Positions 13,239-23,800 of a stretch of 64,000 nucleotides of DNA are shown piece by piece. The translations under genes were made by a program, and so were the position numbers. The stretch's first letter is position 1. Each line of letters starts with the position of its first letter. The DNA comes from Klebsormidium nitens (lineage: Eukaryota; Plantae; Klebsormidiophyceae). The stretch covers positions 62,001 to 126,000 of the forward strand of contig DF236968.1 of NCBI GenBank assembly GCA_000708835.1, given 5' to 3'. Under the pieces are notes generated by a model, which worked only from the letters and a program-made list of their open reading frames with translations, ran no database searches and was not told the DNA's origin.

Positions 13239-13691
13239 TTGTTACGTGTATTCAGATCTCAATTGAACAACGACTCAGGTGCGTGGGAAGATCTTGGGTC
13301 TTTCTTGATGGTAGAGAGTCTGTACACTGTACTGTCCCTGCAGTTACCAAAGAAGGCGGCCAGGTTGCGTCAGCGTCACGTGCAAAGTCTGCAAGAGAAG
13401 GGTTGCCATAACGACGTTGCACCTGCACTCGCGCAGAGTGCAACTGAGGAGGCTGTGGATGACAATTTTTCACGAGAGGTCATTGAGGGAAAGTTCCGCT
13501 CAACAAGTGACATGATCAGGGACGACTTTACGGAGCTCCGATGTGAGTTGCGGTCAATCAATGATAGCATCATAAGTGCGGAAGCAGAGCTCAAAGCTAG
13601 GATAGCGAATCGCCCCACGTACATGCAAGTAGTGGTGGTGTGGGCAATCATGTTAGGGCTCTCAACGGCCGTAATTAAGCTCCTACCATAA
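13239..13691 (+). CDS. Putative coiled-coil protein with C-terminal transmembrane helix, resembling DUF1640/CCDC90; start uncertain
   Basis: 150-codon open frame (first ATG about 13307). It contains HVQSLQEKGCHNDVAPALAQ, a heptad-like segment FTELRCELRSINDSIISAEAELKARI, and a hydrophobic C-terminus VVVVWAIMLGLSTAVIKLLP. Family assignment is from pattern recall only. Confidence 0.4.
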   Translation: MLRVFRSQLNNDSGAWEDLGSFLMVESLYTVLSLQLPKKAARLRQRHVQSLQEKGCHNDVAPALAQSATEEAVDDNFSREVIEGKFRSTSDMIRDDFTELRCELRSINDSIISAEAELKARIANRPTYMQVVVVWAIMLGLSTAVIKLLP

Positions 13692-14536
13692 GAGCATGCA
13701 AACAGATTGAATACCAGAGATCCAATGTTTATAGAATGAAAACTTAGTGTCAAAGAGACATGTAGATGACATATTTGTACAGGTGAGCTGACAGTATGCT
13801 AGCCTGGCAGAATGCACTACAGATATATCAAGATTCATACGTCACTGTGCACATTATAAGGTGAGATCAACGATCGAAGTCCGGTTGAAAACTTGACGTG
13901 CATGATAAGCTCTATACCTTATAGGGGCAATTGCGTTGCCGCTCGATGCAAGAGCTCTAGCTCACTGCCTCGCGACTTCACTCAAGCTATCATCTGTACG
14001 TGAAGGATTCGAATTATGAAGGATCCCAGTTCCACTTTAGTGTATAGTCCCACATAACTGTATCGAGCTGATACGACGGTGCCAGCTAAAGGGCAGCTTG
14101 CATGATCGCCCACATCGATTGCATATATGATGTTCATTGCAATTGACGTTTGAAATCAACTGAGCTCGATTTGTTGGTATATGATCGAGGTCCAACTCGA
14201 TTAACATAACGCTTCGATGATTGTCCATCCCCTACTGAACGTAGCATATGACTTGCATATCCTAGTCCGACGAATGCGGCAAGATGTACCCATAAAAGGT
14301 AAGCAGCACCGATACAACCCCCCACAATGAAAGTCGATTCAAAAGGAGTGGATTGTGCATGCTTTCGACGGACTGGGCTCGGGCATGCCATCTTGGAACT
14401 GGGCACGGCCCCAAGCTAGATAACTTTCTGAGGGGCAACCGGTATGCGAATAAAACGGCGTTTCCGCTCATGCTCAGCAAGGCATTCGAAGCAATCGTGC
14501 TAGGCTTATGACGCAAGGCAGCAACTTTCCACTACG

Positions 14537-17500
14537 TCAACTGGGCGATAGTGTACTCAGTTTTGGAAACGCCCCCGTCTTGCCCAGCACCATGATCTTG
14601 TTTCGGTGATGCAAGTAGCCCTTGATCGCCCCTCTGTATATCAGGTTTGCTAGAAGACACTCAACCTGCAGTATTAGAAGCTGACGGTCGATAACAATCT
14701 TGTTCTGGATTGATGAAAGACAAATCAAGAGGATAAGTTTCGACTTGCAAGCAAGTGCACGTCTCTCTAGCCGGTATTGGATGAGCAGGAAGACCAAACG
14801 GACAACAGAAAAGTTTACCAAGTCCGCTTGAGTTTGATGCATGGCTATCATGTAGAGCACACCGCTGATTGGCACGTGCCACATTGTGTGGCAAAAGGCC
14901 CCGACCACGTGGCACAATTTCACTGGTTACCGGGCCTCCGCAGAGACGGAGGACGTAAACGGAAGCTGACCTCATCGTCGTCCATTTCGTCCCCTAACGA
15001 CTTGAGAGCCGTCCGTATGAGCGACAGCTTCATCTGGTGCCACGTGTCAGGCTGTCGTTGAGCCTGGATGGAGGCGATCCGCTTGATCAACGTCCGGTAC
15101 ACGTAGGCACGCAACCGTTCGAGGGTCAGGTATACGCCCGACTTAAGGAACCTGTAAAAGATATCGCGCGGATTCAGCGCTGGTTTTTGGACTCGTCGTT
15201 CTCAAAACCTGAGACGACGGAACTATAATGATTACTGAGGGCGCAGGACACAGGCGAAGTAGATTGCTCAACGAAAGAGCGTGACAGAAAGGCGTCGATA
15301 CCAGGAGGAAAACGACAGAAGCGAGACACAGTGGGAGGAGACGCATCGGACGTGGGCAGACAGCGTAAAAGAAGGCGTAGTAGAAGGAAGAAAAGAAAAG
15401 GGGGGAGAGACTTCAAAAGGGAAAAAAACACCTCGAAAAGGCAGAGGAGAGCAACGCAGAGCAAATACAGAGTACGATTTGTTCAGATCTGAGCGGACAT
15501 ACAACCGGCAACAGGAAGAGGGGTAGTCGCGACCGTTGCGCATGAACTGCGAGGAGCCTCACCTGACCTCATTGGTTTCTAGGGCGCGTTCAAACAGCTG
15601 GATGTTCCCCGTTCGTACGGCCACGACGAAGTCCTCGTACTGCAGCACGAGGCACCAGAATGTAAGGATTCCGTTACCGTTTCAGTACTTTTGGGTTACA
15701 AGAGACAAATGCTTCCGTTGCTTACTCAACTGTGCTTCCCTTGGAGCGCAAGATCCGCCTAGATATGTAATGGTTGATTAGAAGCGGGACAACGATTCAG
15801 AAAACTCGTAGTCTCCTTACTAAACGAACCGCTGCGGATTCGCATAAGGATCGGCTCGTGATTCCAATGGAGTCGGGTTTCGGTTGCTTTTGGGACTTCA
15901 AAACCGGTCGAGAATTTCGGAAGCGATTGGTGGCGCTGTAGCAGACCGTAACAAAAGACAAGTGAGGGCGCCAGGATGTGAGAAGCTGCTTGTAAAACCG
16001 ACACAAGAACCGGAAGCGCAGAAGGAGCGACACAGAACGATTCGCCGGCTGGAATGACTACAAGAGGAAGCAGCGAAAGCAAGCGCTTGCGGCCTCCGGT
16101 GTCTGTCATTGGTTACTTTCTTATTGGGTGCTGACTGGAAACGCCCGTAGCTGCGAATGGGATCACATCAGAAAAAAGAAAAGCGCCAGATGTGACAGAC
16201 GCGCTCGTTCTCACAAATGCAACCCGTTCTTCCTCACAAGACATAGCCGGTCAACTAATGTTCTTCTTCGCAACCTCTCTGGAGTACGAGTTAAAAAGCT
16301 GAGACGAATTCGCCAACAATGAACATTCGACGATAAACGTTCGCCAAACTTGCTGCGTACCTCTGTGAGGTTGTGTCGTCGAACAAGGTCCAGGTTTGGC
16401 AGGCTCCCCAGCGTGAGCTTGACGGGAATGAGGTACTTGAGAATCCGCCGCTGGTTCCGCGCGTGGTTTCGGTGACAGTGCTCGAACGCGAACGACAACT
16501 GCTGATTCGCCTGGCGCAGAAAGTTTGTGGATGTCAGTTTTCACGGGTTCCAGAAGGGTTTACGTATGGAAACCGGGGGTTTGGCTTTGATACCATAAAG
16601 AGATGGAAGTCAATAGAAAAGTGCAGATACGGCTGAAAAGAACGCTGTGTGACGTGAGCAGTCGAGGGTATCACACGCAGTGGCGCCGTTTCGTCGAAGA
16701 TGCAGGGCTTGCTTTTGAGACTCGAGTGCTCGACTGCAGAGCACAGCTACTGACATATTTGGGGGTGATATTGTGTCACGTCAGCATTTCAGGGTCTGAA
16801 CAATGATTGGGCGTTTTGAAGCCCAGGGAGTTGAGAGGGAACTTTCGGAATCCGAGTACTGGGATATGAACGAAAGGTGCTAATCCACCTGACCGGAGAA
16901 CAGGTGCATCGTAGTTGTATGAGGCCTCAGGATACTTACTGTGAATTTGGAGAAAAACGCTGCTAGTATATTGTTGAAACAGAAATTATTCTGCCGAACT
17001 CAATATTGGTCGTCCAAGAAGAGTTCTCGTGGATCCTTAAGCTGCTCGTTCTCCCGTTGGAAAAGTTCAGGCTTTATTCAAGGATGATTTTTGTGCTCTT
17101 TCCGGTCACTGCTGACTCGAAATATTGGCCACAGAAAGAATGAGAAAGTGTATAAACAGAGAGCCAAGTGAGCGAAGGAGAGAAAAAGCAGGCCGCGGAC
17201 GTCCGGAGGCTCACCCGAACGAAGTCGTCATCAAAGACCGCCAAACGACCGGTGTAGAAGCAGTAAGTCACCTGCACGGATAAGAACGGCTCAGGAGATT
17301 GCCCTCTGGTTCTTGCGATACTCGAGCGGTGAGGTAAGAACAACCTCGCCCTTGTTATCCCTAAAGCTGAACTGGTGAATCATCGCGGTTAACTGAATCT
17401 CACCTCTCGAGAATAAGGTGAGTCCTGTGGCGTCTGCATCCCCTCAACAGGACTGGCCTTTGAAATGACACTGACTTCAAAGGGCGCAAAAATGGGCAAA

Positions 17501-20183
17501 CACAACAACAATAGCAGCGAACTAAGCGATTGAACGCTTGAAGCATAGAAGCAGCAGGAAGCATAGAAGCAGCAGGCTGCGGCAAGCTTCTACTTTGATT
17601 CGCCGCAGCGTGCATCTCACGGGTTGCGCTTCCACAATGGCGGAGGAGTCCGTCGAAGAAGGGTTCCCAAATGAACTCAAATGAAGGTCTGTGGAAAAAG
17701 TCAATCAGGACCGTAACAAAATGAATCTGCGGACAAAATGGATGTCTTTAGATAAGAGCTCGTTTTGATCCTGAAATGAAGGAGGGAGGGAAAGAAGAGG
17801 AACGGGAACAATCGGACAAAAAGAGGAACGGGAACGATCAGACAAAGTCTAAGGAGCCTCACCCTCTCTCCCGCAGGGAAGGTGCTAAAGTCAGTTCCGA
17901 CAGCGGGCGCCCGTGGCTCGATGACGTTGATCAGGTTGCGGCATAGCTTAATGGTGTTCAACTGCAAACAGAGACTTTGTTTCGTGTAAAGGGTTTCGAC
18001 GCATTTCAACAGCAGGAATGCTCTGATCTGACACAGTACCAAGTCGGTTCGTTCATTCTACTGACAGTGGACGGAAGCCATCCGATCGATTCCGTTCAGG
18101 AGGGAGTAGACCCCAACGAATCGAAGTCTCTTTACACCTGTTGCTGTTTGAGGGACCACTGGAACCTGCAAAAGCTTCTCCGCTTCTAAAGAACGCGATT
18201 GATGACTACGACGTATGTTTGCTCCACCTTGAACCCCATCTCGGAATGCGCTTAATCGCTCCCGGAAGCAGATGAGCCGACACAGGTGTCCTGATTGATG
18301 TACGAGTCCATACAAAAAGGGCTTCAAAGTCCAGATCCGGTGCAAAACCGGACCCAATAAATCCAAAACGGACAGCCAACCACAGCGCTCAAATGGCTCT
18401 CCGTTGTACAAGAGGCACGACCTTCTCACCTGGCAGGATCAGGAGCTCCATCGCAGCGGGGACTGACGAGGTCAACGCTCCATGTGCAGCTTCTGTAACG
18501 TGCCCACTACCTACTCTGAAGGAGATTCGGATCAGACGAGGAAAACACGATTGTCATTCTAGTCGACGTGAAGAACCGTTTGATGCCAGACGCTCACCCT
18601 AAAGTAGATCCGGAAGAGGAGGTTGACTATGAACAGCATGCCGGGCCGCTTGACCTTGGAACCAAAGGCAGGGAAAGCCCCGTTGAGCCGCCGGCCCACG
18701 TCGTACTGCTTACCCTCCTCGCTGCCCTCCAAGCCTAGCTCTTGGTCAGCCTGCAAAAAGACAACATCGAACCCGCTTTCAGAGGTCGTATGGCAGATTG
18801 TTGGGACAGTTTCATGGCTTCACATTCATGACAACAAGATTCTAGGGTAGGCGAGATCCGGAAGCATGGGTTCGAGAAGCTGAAGTCAGACGCTTGGTTT
18901 GAGTGTTGATCTCCCCAGTCTACTCTGTAACGAGAGGCCCTTCAAGTCCGCAAGAGAGTATCGAGTGTTTTCAAAGCCATGTGAGATGCTATGTTTTATG
19001 GTTAGAGCAGCAGCCAGACTGGTGGCCCCACCTTTTCTGCGAGTATCTTCATGTCCTTGGACAGCATGTGCACCGCCCGCATGTTCCATGGCGTTTCCGA
19101 ATTTCGAAAGTCGTGCAGGAAACCCCTGTGTGTCAGGAACTCATTGTAAATCAAGCAACGACAAACTGATTCTTGTTTCACAGTTTGTCGCGTTGGAGAC
19201 AGTCATGAAAGCCACACATAATCGCTTGATGGAGCAGGCTTTCTTTCTAGCCATGGTGCAATCGAAGTTGAATAGAGGTCTTCACCATTCGTGGGCAGAT
19301 TACGGAGCCCCTGATTGGATATAATAACAGGAAGCAGTCTCTTGAAAGGATGCCCCATGATAGTCTCAACTTCCATGCGTGCATGTCCTCTCACCAGTCT
19401 GAGAGATCTGGCTTGAATGAATCTACCCTCAACTTTATTTGTCTAAGGATTGCAGAGATCACTCACAGGAAAGTGGTGACAAGACATCCGTACGCCTCTG
19501 CAAAGTGGTTGTTGTCGTATGCTTGCGCCGCCTTGACCAGGTTGGCGAGGATGTCGTTCCAAGGAGGGGCCAGGAAGCTCACCTCTGAGTTCACATTGAG
19601 CTGCTCAGAAGGACGAAGCTTTATCAGCTCCAAAAGGAGTGCCAAGAACACGCTTTGTCACTATGCCCTTCGCAGCGACACATTTTGCTGGTCTTGAGAA
19701 CTATCTAACTTTAGATGAGGCAAGAGGTGAAAAATCAATGGTTCACTTTTGTGATCCATTATATGGCCTTCTAGGACATGAAACAGATTTCAAACTGGCA
19801 AAGACCAAGTTCAGCACTTCTGCTTCTCATGACGATGATGATAAGACCTACGCTCAAGGGGTTGACAGGCGTTGCATTGGACTGCAGGTGCACCGAAATC
19901 CAGATCTGAGAGCTCCAGCTTTTCTCCAATTGCGGGAGAAAAAGCATTAGACTTGCGGCCACCATTACACTGAGAATGTACCAATGGTCCAGGCACCGGC
20001 AGCAGATACATAAGAAGATTCAAGAAGACTATATCTTACCCGAGGGTTTGCTCTGAATGCCTGCGCTATCCGCTGCCTGTTGTCAGCGGATGTGATGGAC
20101 AGCAGTGACGCAAGCGTGGCACCCTCCTTGTACTCAATCGCGTCCCTAACTTGTTCCAAATAATCCCTCAATTTCCACGACAT
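14537..20183 (-). CDS. PCID2: PCI domain-containing protein 2 (PCID2/Thp1/EER5, TREX-2 subunit)
   Basis: Minus-strand exons 20183-20040, 19600-19467, 19125-19032, 18750-18598, 17961-17863, 17271-17215, 16510-16361, 15639-15563, 15151-14971 and 14665-14537, phases consistent. Motifs LFIVNLLFRIYFR, VTYCFYTGRLAVF, NQRRILKYLIPVKL, FLKSGVYLTLERL, MDDDEVECLLANLIYRGAIKGYLHH, FPKL. Confidence 0.93.
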
Positions 20184-20878
20184 GATGTCCGCTTCTACGT
20201 CGTACTGCTCTTAGGCACCTTTGAGAACTCGTCTGTTTCTTCTAAAGAAGTGTCTGATTGTATCCTTTTGTCCTTCTTTCCTTTGTTTCTCAAGCAGGCC
20301 AAAAAGTGTTCAAAGCCAAATGATGGCTCCGTTTTCTGCTTCTGCTTTGAAGAAAGTGTTATCGTCTTTCCCTTCCTCTAGTGGCGCCGCTGATTCTGAT
20401 GTTATGGCACTATACCCAAGCTTGGAGGCCTGCTTTTAATATGCTGCCAGCTTCCGGCTTTTCCCATAGTCTCGCTCCTCATTCAATGCACCACCCCACG
20501 AGTTTGTGAAAGCAATTCAGACTTTAGCTGCCAAATGGTGGTACGCCACCTCAAGCTAATGCTGTCAAAGGCCTGCAACACAGGATTGCGAGTAGCCAGC
20601 ACATGAGGACGCTCCTTTGAAGACTCTGAGCGCCCTTGAAATCTCAGTAGAGTATCTGTTGGAATGTCAAATGGGTCGGCTTTGCACTGCATGGGCGCCT
20701 CCTTGCTTGTATATCACTTGCAGGCAACTTGCTGATCAAGAAGTCAACCCATATATGTATTTAATGCAAGTCTGAGCCTTCTTGAAACCGAGCTGATTTT
20801 TCAAATGAGAGCGCTTCTTCTGATCAAGAGTCCAGCAAGAGGCGCTGTGAAGACTGGCTGCTCATAAGTGCAATACCA

Positions 20879-23800
20879 ATGGCAAGCGGTAGCAGCGCAG
20901 GGCCGACAGCAGAGCCCCTTCGCTCATTGGAAGAACTGCAGAGCTGGACGGTTGAAAATTTGTCACTCGATGCGCTACAGAATGTTGCACAAGTTGCTCT
21001 CCTAGAAACAGAAGAAGACATTGCAAGCAGACGGCACTTGAGGGCAAGAAGAAGTGCGTCTGACGCTGTGACTCTCAACACTGAAGCATCTCCGGAAAAA
21101 GGTGTGTGTCTTTGACATCATCTGGCAAACTTTTAAAAAAGCCCCTTATACCGGATGGGAGACCTTCGCATTTTCAATGAGTTTCAGGCCACTAGTCAAT
21201 GCCACCATCAGCGGTCCTCACAAATGTTGAGCAACATTGAGAGCCCTTGGCTCCACATGACTCAGGGAACATTCTCTAAAGTCAGTACGTGAGCTGGCAG
21301 AGGGCAAAGCATGCAGACCCTCCAGCTCGCAAGAGCAGTGCTCGATTTGCGTCCACTCTGGTTTATGACAAGTTGGTGAATAGTGGTAGCAAGCTTCATG
21401 TGTGCCATCTTAGAAGGGCATCCATATCCACGGGCGCTCGTCATTGTGCCCGTTGCATGAGCAAAACTTGGGCAAATGATTGCCATCTAAGCTTCTAAGC
21501 ATTGCGCCCTGGCCATCTTCTTCTCGGCCCGATGATCCCCGGTGCTCCATCAAGAGACTGGACTCTTCAAGGTCCTTAATCAGCATCCCTACGTCCACTG
21601 GCTCCAGCCGCTGGTTGCCTCGATCAACGCTTCTGTTACGGACTGCATCTGTCACGATCCCACATTATATGACCCTCTCCGTACCAGCCCCCAGTGCATC
21701 ATCCCCCTTTTCATCATGTCATTACATCTCCAACAATCCGGTAACATCTGACCCTTCCCTTTTCTGCTTTCCCCCCCAGTGCACCGTCCTCGGCTACTGG
21801 TCTGCCATGACCTTCAGGGGGGCTATGAAGACGACAAGTTGCTTCAAGGGGGAAGCAATTCAAATGCGTACCGCATCTGGCATTGGCGCCTCATCGACGT
21901 GTTTGTTTACTTCAGCCATCACTTGGTGACTATACCCCCAGCGGGGTGGACTGATGCGGCCCATCGACATGACGTCAAGGTGATGCGCTGTCTTTGCCTA
22001 GATACCTTGGGACTAAGTTGTAGCTATATGTTGACACCTCTTTTGATAGAGAGAATAGAGTTTTTCAGATCTGTGGAGGTTTCTCCATGAGTCGCTTTCC
22101 TGCCAAAAGAAGGACTTGGTTCAAGAAAGCTTTGCTGGTTCTCCTCTCGCCTAGGAAATCTAGGTCTCGTCACCACCTGGACTAAAGAGATTTACTACAA
22201 CAGGTCTTTGTTTGGGCATTGGTCCATCTAATCCGATATGCCAAGATCAACTGTCCATCTCCAGATCAAGTCCCAAATCAAACATAGGCCCCCAGTTCTC
22301 AAGCAAGAGCCCTTCGTTCCCTTGCAGGTCCTTGGCACCTTCATAACTGAGTGGGATGCCGGAGCCGCCATTTGCCGCGAAATCCTGTCAACTGTCGAGA
22401 GCGCTCGCCATGTAGCTGATCAGCTTGTCGCCATTGCTATGCATCACAAGTTTGATGGCTGGCTGCTCAACATTGAGAATAAAGTTGATTTGGGACAGAT
22501 TCCGACTTTGGTGGAGTTTGTGCGCTACCTGACCGAAACGATGCACGCAGCACATCCTTTGGGGGAGGTGATCTGGTGAGCAAGGGCCCTGAAGTCGGGC
22601 TCTGAAGTTTTGAAGAGAAGAGAAATGGAGATTGGCGGACTGTCGTTGTTGTCTTCTCGTCACTCTTTTTCGACGGGGCTCAGAGAACTCTGATTTGGTT
22701 TCCTAGCTCGTGATTGGCTTGACGATCCAACTGAGTGCTCAAAAGACCTTCCTGTGCCCAGGCTGCAAGAAGGAGCAAAAAGGCGATTTCAAAGAGAATT
22801 TGTAAACTTATCATGGCTTCTTGAAAATTTTCAACGGTTCAACACGTTTTAGACCACGTCAGAGGACAGAAAGACACAGAATCGCACAATAGCTGCAGAA
22901 GGTCTCTAGTTAGTCGAAAGGGCCGCTGTAATTTGGATAAGGCAGAGTTATGTCTAAACACAAAGCCTGAACGGCCATTCGCAACGGCGAGCTTCTCATA
23001 AGAAAAGTCAGACAATATCTGATGCCCAAACGAGAGCTTCAGCAAGATCATAGGAGCGGCCCGGGTTATGCTTGAGGGCTGAACTTCTTAGAGGAGCGGT
23101 ACAAGCAAGAGAATGGTTTCCTCTGATGTCGACTCAGACCGCATTTCTCTACGTCATTGTAAATATTGCGGTATGTTCCACATGCACTTTTGCCACTTGA
23201 GCTCTCTCAGAGCAAGATAGCAAAGTCAAAAGATTGTTACAAGCTTCACGTCAATTCTACCCGTATCTTTTGCAGGTACCACAGAATCACGACAGAAGGC
23301 GAGCTCGAGTGGCAGGACGCCCTTACGCCGCTCAACGCGCCTTTCTTTGCGGCGGCCTACGGGCCCTTCGTCAACTACACCTGGAAAGCGGGGTCCCCGA
23401 AAGCCCTCAGAAATGGGAATCTGCTCTTTGGACGTCAACTGAAATCGTGCTTCTCGCAGGTATGACAGTGTAACGACCAAAGGGGAGCTAAAGCGGCAGG
23501 ACGCCCTTACCCCGCTCAACGCGCCTTCCTTTTTGGCGGCCGATGGACTCTTCGTGAACCACACCTAGAAACCGAGGTCCTCGGGAGCCTTGAAAATAAC
23601 GGGATCTACTATTTTTATGTCAACCGGATTCGTGCTTTTCGCAGGTACGACAAGGTTACGACCGAAGGCAAGCTGGAGTGGCAGGACTCTCTCACCCCGC
23701 TTAATGCGCCTTTCTTTGCGGCTACCGACAGGCTGTTTGTCAAGTATACTTACAAAGCGGGGGTCCCAGGAAGCCTTGAAAATTTGGATCCTGCTCCTCT

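Noticed and set aside
17539-17576. 18-bp perfect tandem duplication (similar ones at 6947-6962 and 58769-58812)
   Set aside because: Ordinary slippage duplications in non-coding DNA with no further structure.
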